A stretch of DNA of 64,000 bases from the IMG/VR virus record IMGVR_UViG_3300029957_000006, positions 1 to 64,000 of that record, one strand, 5' to 3'. Below the pieces are notes generated by a model that saw only the letters and a program-made list of their open reading frames with translations, made no database searches and was not told the origin of the DNA. Below are positions 44,375 through 54,573 of the stretch, piece after piece. The first letter of the stretch is position 1, and the number at the start of each line of letters is the position of its first letter. This DNA is from a virus. The position numbers and the translations under genes were made by a program.

Positions 44375-44872
44375 TTAATATAAACGATTAAACCAAGATT
44401 GTCTTGATCTTTCTTCATTTATTTGATGTATTTCTCGTTGAATTCTGTCTTCCTGTTCCTCATGTAATCTTCTGATCATGTCATTTCTATTTGGTGAAGG
44501 ATTTCCAGAATATATATAATCCATGTAAACAAGTTGACCTGTTGGACCATCCATTGGTTGAACTGAAATTAAATCATTTGAAAATGTATTAGGAACAAAA
44601 TTTGAAATTAATGGAAAAAAGGCTTCAATGGTTTTCCAATAAAATTCAAGATCGATATCTCCTTTTATCCAAACAGCCCAATCATTTATTATTTTCTTGA
44701 CGATTTCAGCATCAAGAAAAAATATTATAGAAAGTTCATTAACTAATCTTTCTGCATATATTGGTGCTTTATGTCTTCTGGTATCACTTAATTCATAGAT
44801 ACCATCATTTCCTATGTCACTAATTCCAACATAGTAGTGTCTGGTGAGGTATGATCGTACAAGGTTTTCCAT
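44375..44872 (-). CDS. Paralog-family domain fused to a T4 gp23 (major capsid) Gol-like segment
   Basis: PN....D...VQPMDGPTGQLVYMDY; ATATTTAT upstream. Confidence 0.65.
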   Translation of the reverse strand: MENLVRSYLTRHYYVGISDIGNDGIYELSDTRRHKAPIYAERLVNELSIIFFLDAEIVKKIINDWAVWIKGDIDLEFYWKTIEAFFPLISNFVPNTFSNDLISVQPMDGPTGQLVYMDYIYSGNPSPNRNDMIRRLHEEQEDRIQREIHQINEERSRQSWFNRLY

Positions 44873-44908
44873 GTACAATCATAGCGATTTTCAATAAATA
44901 TGTAAAGT

Positions 44909-45403
44909 TTATTTGTTACTTTTAGGCTTAAGAGTAACAAACATTTTTTTACCTTCCATTGAAGGCATTGCTTCTGGAACACCATACTCTTCTACTGATA
45001 CGATAACCTTTAATAAAAGAGCTTTACCATTATCAATATAAGACATTTCACGTCCTTTGAATTGCATGCTAATCTTTACCTTATGACCTTTTTGAAGGAA
45101 TTCTATCATGTGTTTGAGACGATAACTCAAATCATTTTCAGAAGTATTTGGACCAAGTTTTATCTCTTTCATTTCAAGAGTTTTATTCTTTGGCTTTTTA
45201 CCCAATTCATAAATGAATTTTTCATAATTCATAATCTTACAAACTGGTGGTACAGAATGTTCATTGATTAAAACCAAATCCATTTCTTTTGATTCAGCTA
45301 ATGCAATTGCAGAATCCAAGGACATGATTCCACCTTCTGTTACTCGTACTTCATTTGCTCTGATTTCTCTATTAAGCAAATGTTGTTTTTTCTTTTTGTT
45401 CAT
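44909..45403 (-). CDS. infC: Translation initiation factor IF-3
   Basis: N.EIRA.EVR, DLVLI....PPVCKIM.Y.KF.YE, KEIKL.P, FL.KG.KVK....FKGRE. Confidence 0.93.
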   Translation of the reverse strand: MNKKKKQHLLNREIRANEVRVTEGGIMSLDSAIALAESKEMDLVLINEHSVPPVCKIMNYEKFIYELGKKPKNKTLEMKEIKLGPNTSENDLSYRLKHMIEFLQKGHKVKISMQFKGREMSYIDNGKALLLKVIVSVEEYGVPEAMPSMEGKKMFVTLKPKSNK

Positions 45404-45877
45404 TTATTTCACTTTGTTTTTTAAGTATTCAACTAATTCATCGTAAGTCTTAACTTGATCAACACCATATTTCTTACAAACGATATCAACGTTTCCTTTT
45501 CTCCAAAATCCTTCTGGACAAAGAACAACCATCTTTTTAGTTCTAGCATATAATCCTAATTCCAATAATGAAATAGGTGATTCGGTTTCTGGATCAAAAT
45601 ACATAACAACAATGTCACACATTTCAAGTCCATCCAATTCCCATGTTACTTGTCCATTAAAGTTTTTGTCTGTGATCTTTTGTTTCCAGCTAGAATCCCA
45701 ATCTTTTCGTCTTGGATTTAAGAAAACAAATGGTTTACTCTGCAATTCTTTTATTATTTTTTTCTGCCAGTTTTCAGCTAGGCCCATTTCAATGGAACCA
45801 GCTAGGAATACAGATGTGAATCCTTTTTCTACTTTCACCTCATTAGGTGGTTGTATTTCTATTGCTTTACTCATCAA
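45404..45877 (-). CDS. Nucleoside 2-deoxyribosyltransferase-like
   Basis: VFLAGSIE...W, NPRR, QV.WEL, SPISLLELG. Confidence 0.85.
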   Translation of the reverse strand: MMSKAIEIQPPNEVKVEKGFTSVFLAGSIEMGLAENWQKKIIKELQSKPFVFLNPRRKDWDSSWKQKITDKNFNGQVTWELDGLEMCDIVVMYFDPETESPISLLELGLYARTKKMVVLCPEGFWRKGNVDIVCKKYGVDQVKTYDELVEYLKNKVK

Positions 45878-46261
45878 TTTAAATTTGGATTGATATCGTT
45901 ATTATTTTCTTCTTCATTAATTATTTCAATATGCTCCACTTCATCGTGAAGCTCATCCAACACAGATACTTTTAAATATCCATTACCATTATCATTGTAT
46001 GTTATACGAATGATATATTCACCCAAATCAATTTCTTTTTTTACCTTCATTAAATTAATGGTAATGCAGCAGCAAACATTATTTCATTCATGATAGTTGC
46101 TTCATAAGCATCTTCCAATTCAACTTGAAAATCTTGATCATAAATTTCTTTATCAAAACCATTTTTGGAATAGAACCATTTGATAAAGTGAACATCACCC
46201 ATCATCTCCACATCTCTACGATATGTCTTTCCATTGTAAACAAAATACATTTCTTTCATAA

Positions 46262-46729
46262 TTATTTGGTTGGTATTGTTAAGAAGTCAGTTTCAATTAT
46301 TTCTTGAAGTAATGCTACATTTTCATAAAGATCATCACCATCTTTATCAGTGGCATTTGCCATTAAGAAAGCATGAATTTCTTCATCAGTTGGCTCTTTA
46401 TGGTGATTAATAAAATAAGTATAATGATCACCACTTTCACTTGTTGTATTCAAAAGGAATTTTTTCATCTTCACTTTTGTTGCATCAAGATGAGCAGCAA
46501 GTAAAGCAGCTGCTTTGATTATGTTTTCTCTTCGACTACGTTTGAATCGTTTTTCCTTCCATTCAATATCCCAACCATTTGGAAAATAATGAACATCACC
46601 AGTTAATAAAAACATGGCATATTCTTCCAATTCATTATTTTTATAAGCTAAATCATGTTTTTCACTAAATCCTTCTTTTTCTATTTGACGATTTCGTTCT
46701 TCAGCTATTAAATCAATTCCTGTTTTCAT
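46262..46729 (-). CDS. Conserved phage protein (I.EER.RQI.KEG...HD...KAAAL..A)
   Basis: Common phage motif, function unknown. Confidence 0.6.
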   Translation of the reverse strand: MKTGIDLIAEERNRQIEKEGFSEKHDLAYKNNELEEYAMFLLTGDVHYFPNGWDIEWKEKRFKRSRRENIIKAAALLAAHLDATKVKMKKFLLNTTSESGDHYTYFINHHKEPTDEEIHAFLMANATDKDGDDLYENVALLQEIIETDFLTIPTK

Positions 46730-46961
46730 TTATCAATTTTAATTTTTGCACTCTTGTTAGTTGTTTTATTCGATATTCTTCTTTACTAGCTTTGCTTCTA
46801 TTTTCAGCTTCAAATTCTGCTACTAGAATCACTGGTCTTCTAGTACGAGTATATTTGGCACCTTTACCATCATTATGTGCTTTAACTCTTTTATTTACAT
46901 CTGTTGTTATTCCAGTGTAAAGAGTCTCATCAATACATCTTACAATATAAACATACCACAT
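46713..46961 (-). CDS. Small GIY-YIG nuclease (UPF0213-like)
   Basis: WYVYI..C....LYTGIT...R...H..GKGAKYT. Confidence 0.88.
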   Translation of the reverse strand: MWYVYIVRCIDETLYTGITTDVNKRVKAHNDGKGAKYTRTRRPVILVAEFEAENRSKASKEEYRIKQLTRVQKLKLINENRN

Positions 46962-47185
46962 TATACAAGATTAATCATTACTTGTCCATTAGGTGAAAAC
47001 TCATCAGAAACATCAAAGCCATATTCAGCAACTACATTTTTTACTATTTGTTTCATTGTTGAACTATTACCAGTTACAACTTGAATGTAGGTTGATTTCT
47101 TTTGCATGTGTTCCCAAATAAATGCATCCATCAATCTAGGAACATCTTCATGCTTGATTCCGTGTAAGTCCAGCTTCATAATCAA
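46961..47185 (-). CDS. Smr domain protein
   Basis: LDLHG...VVTGNS...N.G. Confidence 0.75.
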   Translation of the reverse strand: MIMKLDLHGIKHEDVPRLMDAFIWEHMQKKSTYIQVVTGNSSTMKQIVKNVVAEYGFDVSDEFSPNGQVMINLV

Positions 47186-47651
47186 TTTTTGATGCTATTA
47201 TCTTTTCAATAAAAGGTAAACAAGCTGCTTGTGTTTCATGTACAAGAGGTTTAGCTTCTTCAAGACTTACCCATTTATAATCATCCATTTCTGGAAAACC
47301 ACCACGTTCAACTGGAACATTTGAATTACACTTGATCTCAAGATTATCCCAATCCATTTCAGTTAAATCATGCTCGATATAAATAAAAGGATAAATCATC
47401 TTTTTATTATGACCATAATTAACTGGTTCTAGGTAATGAACATTGAAAGATGCAACAGCCATTTGATGATTCAAATCAATGTTACTTTCTTCGAATGTTT
47501 CACGAATAGCTGCATCCATTATTCCTTCACCTTCTTCTACCTTCCCTTTAGGGATGGACCAAAAGTCTGGCTTATGATTTGTTGGATGACAAATCAATAG
47601 TTTCCTATCTCGTCTTATAATAAAAATTCCAGCTGCGATTGTCTTTGCCAT
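47148..47651 (-). CDS. NUDIX hydrolase
   Basis: WSIPKG..E.GE...AA.RE..EE. Confidence 0.9.
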   Translation of the reverse strand: MAKTIAAGIFIIRRDRKLLICHPTNHKPDFWSIPKGKVEEGEGIMDAAIRETFEESNIDLNHQMAVASFNVHYLEPVNYGHNKKMIYPFIYIEHDLTEMDWDNLEIKCNSNVPVERGGFPEMDDYKWVSLEEAKPLVHETQAACLPFIEKIIASKIDYEAGLTRNQA

Positions 47652-47652
47652 A

Positions 47653-48030
47653 TTATATTACTTCTATTTTACAAGGGATTAGTATATCTTCATTATAACG
47701 ATACACAGCACATAGTCTGTGATAACCATCAGCAATGATTACTTTACCATTGACTGAATCAACAACTAATAGTATTGGTGAAAGTTTTTCTCCTTTATCA
47801 ATCTTCTTGCAATTCTTTTTAACATGTGAATTGCTAACACCCAATAAAGATAAACCAGATGCTCTGAAAACGTCTTTAGCCTTAAATGTGGACATTGGAG
47901 CCTTCTTAAGTCTAGCTATGATTCCATCAACTCTAGATGGATGAATAACCAACCTTAAATATGATTTAGCAGCTGGGTAATCATGCTCTTCTGGTTTAAC
48001 AAACCATTTTATCTTAACCTTCTTGTCCAT
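47653..48030 (-). CDS. ParB/Srx-like domain protein
   Basis: PILLV......IIADGYHRL. Confidence 0.7.
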   Translation of the reverse strand: MDKKVKIKWFVKPEEHDYPAAKSYLRLVIHPSRVDGIIARLKKAPMSTFKAKDVFRASGLSLLGVSNSHVKKNCKKIDKGEKLSPILLVVDSVNGKVIIADGYHRLCAVYRYNEDILIPCKIEVI

Positions 48031-48383
48031 TAGATTAATTGTGTTCCAACAGAATAATCTTCGAATTGATCCTTACCATCAAGTGATTTACCAACCATTA
48101 TCATAACTTCACTTTTAACACCTTTGATTTCTGTTGGTGTTAAATTGGTAATGAATGGAACTTTAAGTGTAATTAAATTCTCTGGTTCATATTGTTTACC
48201 AAGATTGGTAAACGCTGTTTTTTCATCTTCTTGGTTTGGTCCAAAGATAACAGTCAATTTGATTCCATAACTCTTAGGAACACGTTCAGCTGCTATGATT
48301 TGACCAATACGAATTTCCAACTTGGATTCAATAGCCAAGAACTCATCAAATGATATTTGTGGTTTAGTCGATGTAGTATTCAT
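48030..48383 (-). CDS. tRNA-binding OB-fold (Trbp111/CsaA-like)
   Basis: I.FDEF...LEIRIG.I..AE, NL.P..I.GV.SE.MI. Confidence 0.8.
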   Translation of the reverse strand: MNTTSTKPQISFDEFLAIESKLEIRIGQIIAAERVPKSYGIKLTVIFGPNQEDEKTAFTNLGKQYEPENLITLKVPFITNLTPTEIKGVKSEVMIMVGKSLDGKDQFEDYSVGTQLI

Positions 48384-48550
48384 TCTTCAAAAGATTAATT
48401 TGTTTTGTGTTTTTGACAATTTGATTTTGAATTGTTTTATCTGTAACAATTACAGGTTTTCCCCCCATTTTAGAAACACGTATTTTTGCCAATAAATTAT
48501 TACTAGCTTCTAATTGTGATTTTAAAGACTTTAAGTCTTGTGTTCTTACT

Positions 48551-49018
48551 TTATACATTTTCGTCTGGATTAAATTTTTTCCCTTTTACTTTTGAAAAAT
48601 CAATATCTTTTACTTCTATTTCTGGCTTCCAAGCAATTAAACCTAAATCCAGCATCAGTATACTCTCAACTCTAGCCCAATCAACAAATGGTCGATCAGA
48701 TAAGGTTGAATCTACTTTTAATGGACATCCCAATGCTGCATCATCAATGATTAATTGACCGTAAGCTTTAGGACTTTTAGTCCAATATGATTGAGTTGGA
48801 TTCGATTGAATACCAAATAATGTTATATCATTTATCTTAAACCAATTAACAGCTTCATCTAAAGTATTACCTTTAAAATTACTTCTCATAGTAAATAAGA
48901 TAAGCCTATGACCATTTTCCACAAGCTTTTTCAAAACTGGAATAGCACCAATATCTTTTCCTATACGTGGAAAATCATGTGTAGTGACAGTTCCATCAAA
49001 ATCAATAACAATATCCAT
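48551..49018 (-). CDS. HAD-like phosphatase (BT0820 type)
   Basis: IDFDGT, LILFTMR, SPK...IDD. Confidence 0.8.
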   Translation of the reverse strand: MDIVIDFDGTVTTHDFPRIGKDIGAIPVLKKLVENGHRLILFTMRSNFKGNTLDEAVNWFKINDITLFGIQSNPTQSYWTKSPKAYGQLIIDDAALGCPLKVDSTLSDRPFVDWARVESILMLDLGLIAWKPEIEVKDIDFSKVKGKKFNPDENV

Positions 49019-49494
49019 TACTTTTTAAACTTCAAATTTTTCTTAGCAAGTGCAATATTAGAGAACTTGCTGATTCCTGTTATTTCTTGACCAAGCCATT
49101 TAGGTTTGATCCATTTCTTCATATCTTTTATGGACTTGAATTCCACTTCGATAACAACCATCCCATTTGGATAAGTATCAATATCGTAGTGTTCTTTTCC
49201 AATACTAAAACTAAGTCGTTTCTTTTCTAGAGTCCATTTGCATTTTTTGTATAAATCCTTAGCCTCTTTAAGCTCAGTAACTCTGAATTCAAATTCATCA
49301 CGAACCAGTTTAGCTGTATATTTTATACATACATTGGCAAATTCCTTATCATGCCATTTGGTTAATCTAATTCGAACTTGCTTGCCCTTCTCAACGTGAA
49401 TATACCCTTGTTTGATACGCATTTTTTCATGTGCATCAGGTATTGGTATTGGGGAATTCCCCATTAAAAATCTACGTTCTATTTCTTTTCCCAT
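49018..49494 (-). CDS. CYTH-domain triphosphatase
   Basis: EIERRFL, I.QGY, EVEF, P.WLG.EIT...SN. Confidence 0.88.
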   Translation of the reverse strand: MGKEIERRFLMGNSPIPIPDAHEKMRIKQGYIHVEKGKQVRIRLTKWHDKEFANVCIKYTAKLVRDEFEFRVTELKEAKDLYKKCKWTLEKKRLSFSIGKEHYDIDTYPNGMVVIEVEFKSIKDMKKWIKPKWLGQEITGISKFSNIALAKKNLKFKK

Positions 49495-50039
49495 TTTACA
49501 AAGGTACAGCTTTTTTCTTAAATTAACAACTTATTTAATAAATTTCACGAGTCACTTTAACAAGAGATGGGTCTGAAAAATCATCATATGCTATCATTTC
49601 AAGTATTTCAACTTTGCTAGGTAAAGGTAAATTAATTGGTAACATTAATTTATTACCTTCATATATTCCATCAAAAAAATTTTCAACTTTAATATTTTTT
49701 GTTACATCATCATAAGATGACATATTTCTAAATATGTTTTGCACTTCATCTTCAGTAAATATTTTATTTCCATATTCATACGGTTCTTCGAATTTTTCTA
49801 AGTATGTTATAAATAGTTGATTACACGCTCTTTTATATGCCTCAACTGCTGTAAAGTATTTCATTTCTGTATAATCAGAAGCTGAATTATTATACCATTT
49901 AATTAATTCTTCTTTATTTTTGAAAGTTTTAGCATAGAAAACAACATCATTATGTTTTTCAACATATACTATTCTATTTCCTAAAATAGCTTCAGTTATC
50001 ATTTTCTCATAATTAATTTTAGTTGTCATTTCTTTTATA

Positions 50040-51626
50040 TTATTTAAATGTAGTAAATTCTCCGTTTATGAAGTTGATGTGTTGTGCTCTACCATCTTCA
50101 TGGATAATGATGTGCGATTGTAACCATGAACTAGGTCCAAGATTGTAACCAACACGCATTGTTGTAGAAGTTCCGACAGCTAAGGCTCCATCCTTACGAC
50201 CTGGTGTGTGATAATGGCCAACAACTATCTTGGTATTAAGTCTTCTGAATTGAAGCAATGAACCTCTACTTCCATTAGAACCAATATCACCATGCTGTCC
50301 TAATTCCCATCCACCTTTAACTTTATATGATGAACTTCGATCTAGTGTAATAAACTTCGGATAACGTTGTTTAATCAACGCTGGAATTACGCCAGCAACT
50401 CTATGTGTATCTTTACTATATTGTTCCAATAACGTGTCAGAGAGCTGCATATAAAGCCTAGAATTCTTGTATGTTGGTTGTTTCTTCCAATCTTCATTGA
50501 TAAGCCATCTATCTAGGAAATCATCATGATTGCTTCTTACTATAACAACATTTTTGAATTTCTCAAATGCTTTTAATCCACCCATCATCACATCAAGTTC
50601 CTTCCCTAAATCATTGGTACCAGCGATCTCTTTACCATATTGAATGAATGGATTTTTCATTTCATGGTGTGAAATGGAATTACCATCAAACACATCGTGT
50701 AATACAACATGATTTGGTTTTATCTTTTCAAGCATCTTCATTGTAGAAGATAATACTTTTTCATCATGATGACCATAGTGAATATCACCAAAGATAACTG
50801 CTTCAATACTTTCAATCTTATTTACTTTTCCATCTTCTACACGATAATAAAGATCACTGAAATTTCCTGTTTTATCATCAGCTGTTACTTGACGAACAAA
50901 GAATACTTCATTGTCTTTAATTTCAATAATACAAAAACCAAGTGTATGGTGGAATTCACCTTTTTTACCAGACTTTGAATCACTGTAATTTAAAACGGTA
51001 ACAGCTCCTGTTGATAACATCATCTTTGGCTTATTACCATCAAGTACTGGAATCATTTCCAATTGAACCTTAGGACTACCAAAGATACATGAATTAATTC
51101 CACTCATACCTTGCATACCACTCATAGGATTGGTTGCAGTTGGTTGAATCTTGATATCTGACATGATAGAACAATACTTGTGAATATTGTGTCTGCTAGC
51201 ATCAGAATATTTAAGTACTTCTTCAACCCAATAATCTTCACCATTACCAGCTTCTTCTACTGTTGTTGGATTTCGATATCGGCCCAATACAATATGAATA
51301 TCAGCATCTATCTTTTTAGCATAGGCTTCCATATTGTTATAGAATTTCTTGTGAACCTTTGTTTTATTTTGTCCCCAAGTTATAATAAATCTATTTTTTG
51401 TTTTATCGAACTTACGTTGTTTTGCTTGTTCGTATTGTTCTGGTTCAACATCCACTTTCTCTTTCAATCCAAGTTTTTTAGAACACCAGTTTCTAATCGT
51501 TCTTTCACTTACTCCGAATTTTTCTCCCAACATGAAAGCTTTTTTTTCCCAAGATATATCGGTTATTTCTTGGTATACTTTTTTAATATACTCTTTTTGC
51601 TCTTCTGATAAATTTTTAAAGGTCAT
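50040..51626 (-). CDS. HTH + metallophosphoesterase nuclease, T5 A1-like
   Basis: N-terminal HTH; TGAVT.NY..K.G.K.EFHH.LG; GDIH, HD.FD, SNHD, HGD, GH.H. Confidence 0.65.
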   Translation of the reverse strand: MTFKNLSEEQKEYIKKVYQEITDISWEKKAFMLGEKFGVSERTIRNWCSKKLGLKEKVDVEPEQYEQAKQRKFDKTKNRFIITWGQNKTKVHKKFYNNMEAYAKKIDADIHIVLGRYRNPTTVEEAGNGEDYWVEEVLKYSDASRHNIHKYCSIMSDIKIQPTATNPMSGMQGMSGINSCIFGSPKVQLEMIPVLDGNKPKMMLSTGAVTVLNYSDSKSGKKGEFHHTLGFCIIEIKDNEVFFVRQVTADDKTGNFSDLYYRVEDGKVNKIESIEAVIFGDIHYGHHDEKVLSSTMKMLEKIKPNHVVLHDVFDGNSISHHEMKNPFIQYGKEIAGTNDLGKELDVMMGGLKAFEKFKNVVIVRSNHDDFLDRWLINEDWKKQPTYKNSRLYMQLSDTLLEQYSKDTHRVAGVIPALIKQRYPKFITLDRSSSYKVKGGWELGQHGDIGSNGSRGSLLQFRRLNTKIVVGHYHTPGRKDGALAVGTSTTMRVGYNLGPSSWLQSHIIIHEDGRAQHINFINGEFTTFK

Positions 51627-51699
51627 CTGTTAAGTTTAAATCCCTGTTATTTTTACAAATTTACGAATTAATACTCTAGGATGCAAGTAAAAATCCCAA

Positions 51700-52512
51700 C
51701 TATTTGATAGTCGGGATTAGATTGTAAAGATATTCTTTTTCTTTTGTAAATATCGGAGAATTATAATCTGGTAACCATTTGGCTCGTTGTACTGGAATGC
51801 CATTTTCACCATCTAATGTTACAATATTTCGTTTGATGATCGTTCCACGTTTATACTTCGTCTTATAGTCATTCCAATTGATACCCTTTTGAGAAAATAA
51901 CATCTCTTGCTTTTGACTACTTGATTTTCCTTCAAGTTGCTTGTGTGGGAAATATGCATCACTAGCCATGCTTACACTATTACGTGTACAGTCTTGTTGT
52001 CTCCAGATAAAATAATTGGATACTTCACGGAAGTCTGGGATGATATAAACACGTGAATCAAATACAGCATCAATCTCAGCAAAATCACCACTAATAAGCT
52101 TGCTTGCAAGTTCTTCTTTGCTATATTTAAACATAGCCATTAATTGAAGCATTTTCTTATTGAAAGCAGCTGTTACTTTTGATGCTGAAATACTACATAG
52201 CTTTTGAATCTTACCATCAAAGATAAGCTCTGATTCAATGTTTTCAATATCTGTAAACATCAAGCTGATTTCATCAGATTGAGTATAAGCAAACTTAGGA
52301 TTTAAGTATTTACATAATTCGATTGTAGCAAAATCCATTACATTTGATAAATTATCATCAAATGGTTTATTGAACATCTGTGTGTATTTGCTAAATCCTT
52401 TACCATCAAGTCTCATTATGACATAAGTTCTAGCTGGTACCTTTATATCATAACATGCTTCATACGCTCTCATGCGTGAAGACAAGTCAGTTTTATTTGT
52501 TTTCTTTTTCAT
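51700..52512 (-). CDS. thg1: tRNA(His) guanylyltransferase Thg1-like
   Basis: RLDGKGFS...KPFD, YTQSDEISL, FDSR, YFIWRQ.D..RNS. Confidence 0.92.
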   Translation of the reverse strand: MKKKTNKTDLSSRMRAYEACYDIKVPARTYVIMRLDGKGFSKYTQMFNKPFDDNLSNVMDFATIELCKYLNPKFAYTQSDEISLMFTDIENIESELIFDGKIQKLCSISASKVTAAFNKKMLQLMAMFKYSKEELASKLISGDFAEIDAVFDSRVYIIPDFREVSNYFIWRQQDCTRNSVSMASDAYFPHKQLEGKSSSQKQEMLFSQKGINWNDYKTKYKRGTIIKRNIVTLDGENGIPVQRAKWLPDYNSPIFTKEKEYLYNLIPTIK

Positions 52513-53293
52513 TTTGAATATTTAACCAAGTTATAAATCTTTGCATCCCTGCCCATATTTCTGCTTCATGATGGAATGGTTCTTCAGCATCAGGTAATTC
52601 TTCTGATTTGAATTTATCTATCAAAGTTTTTATATGTAGTGTTGGATGTGATTCCTTTTTTACCTTTTCATTCATTGCATCAGCAATGAATTTACCAAGA
52701 TCATCTTGAAATTTCTCCGCTTTTTCGAAATCAATTTCTCCTTTTGAATTCTTGAATAGATTTTGAATGGCACCCCATGCTCTTACATCAGCTAACATTT
52801 GGTGATCACCTTTTTTATCAATACCCCAAATATATCCTGATCCATGTTCATCAAACTTTGTTGTTCCGATGAATTCAATTAGTGTTGGTATTTTAGATTC
52901 CATTGTTATTCCTTTGTTTAGTTTATTTAACCGCCTCTACACTCTTATTTTCATTTTCATGCTTCTCAAATTTATCCCATACTTCAACTTCTGTTTCTCC
53001 GTATTCATTTTCAAACCATTCCCAAAAATCATCATACCTCGCTAATCTGTATTTCAGTTCATCTCGCTCCTCTCTCAAATGAGAAGCTATATCTAATTGT
53101 TCACTTTTAATTCCTTCCAACATCTTTATCAATTTATGCCATCGCTGACGGTTAATTACAGTGTTATTATTAAAGCAAACATTAACCAACCCCAACCATC
53201 CATGTTATTGGAAGCCAGAATGATTATCCCCACAATTAAAGAGAATTGAATGAATCTTAATCCTCGTGTGTTATCAAAAAAATCTTTCATAGT

Positions 53294-54346
53294 TTATTTG
53301 TTGTGAGACCTTAATGCCTCGTAACTTAAATTGTTATTTAATGCTGCCATTGCAAATCCAATTTGTTTAGCAACACTTATCACTCTAATCTTATCACAGC
53401 CTTTTTTAATACTTATACAAGCTGATTCATTATAATTACGTCCACATAATTGAAGATAATTTGGCTTAATCAATGAATCACTGATTATTAATTCAGTTAA
53501 TACTGACTCACCAATATTTTCAAAAGCATGACCAGATAACACACCATGACTGATAATTGCTCTTACACTTGTTGCACCAGCAGTCATAAGAACTTCAGCT
53601 GCTTTACACAATGTTCCTCCAGTATCAACCATATCATCAAGAATGATTACATCTTTACCAGTTACATCACCAATGATGATCATCTCATCAATTACATTTG
53701 CTGCTTTTCTTGTCTTATCCAACATGACATAATTGAATGCAAGATTATGATATTTCATCATTTGATCTTTCATACGTTTAACACGTTTTCCAGAACCAGC
53801 ATCTGGTCCACAGAAAACAAAGTTATGGGTTTCACCAGTAACTAGTGATTCAATATAGTCATCAAAAACAGTTTTTCCTTCAATATGTGTTACTGGAATA
53901 TTGAAGAATCCTTGAATTTGATCAGCATGCAAATCATACGTAATCACAGAAGTTGCACCACGTTGTTCAAGCATTTCAGCCATCACCTTAGCACCAATAG
54001 GACCACGTGATTGATCTTTCTTATCTTGACGTGCATAAGGAAAGTAAGGAAGGATTGGAATGATTTCTTTTGCAGCTGCACGTTTAGCAGCATCAATAGC
54101 CAATAATAGCTTCATGATTTCATCAGAAGTATTAGGACTTGATAAAATGTAAACACGTTTACCACGAACTGAATCAGTGAAATCAACACAAAGCTCTCCA
54201 TCAGAGAATTTTTGTGAATTCAAAATACCAAGTTCTACTCGTCCTTCTTTAGTAGGAGATTCTGGTTGACAAAATTGATTAGTATTATTGACAATTTCAT
54301 TTGCCAAATCAATTCTACCGTCTAATGAAAACAATAAAGAGTCCAT
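53294..54346 (-). CDS. prs: Ribose-phosphate pyrophosphokinase family (Prs or Adps-like)
   Basis: FSDGE, PYFPYARQD, DLHADQIQGFF, PDAG, DDMVDTGGT. Confidence 0.9.
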   Translation of the reverse strand: MDSLLFSLDGRIDLANEIVNNTNQFCQPESPTKEGRVELGILNSQKFSDGELCVDFTDSVRGKRVYILSSPNTSDEIMKLLLAIDAAKRAAAKEIIPILPYFPYARQDKKDQSRGPIGAKVMAEMLEQRGATSVITYDLHADQIQGFFNIPVTHIEGKTVFDDYIESLVTGETHNFVFCGPDAGSGKRVKRMKDQMMKYHNLAFNYVMLDKTRKAANVIDEMIIIGDVTGKDVIILDDMVDTGGTLCKAAEVLMTAGATSVRAIISHGVLSGHAFENIGESVLTELIISDSLIKPNYLQLCGRNYNESACISIKKGCDKIRVISVAKQIGFAMAALNNNLSYEALRSHNK

Positions 54347-54573
54347 GTTTTAGTTTTTATATGCGATTACTTTGTAAATTCCACATCCGAAAATTTTTCT
54401 CCAAAGAGATGTTTCAAATTTTATTGTAAAACCATTCTTTTCATAATTTGAAATAGTATTTAAGAAAAGTTCAGTAGTTGCACCCCACCCACCATTTGAT
54501 TCACCAGACTCCATTTGTTTTCTGGTATAATCCGATCTTCCTATTAAAAATCCTTTAGTAGTATTTTCCATTA

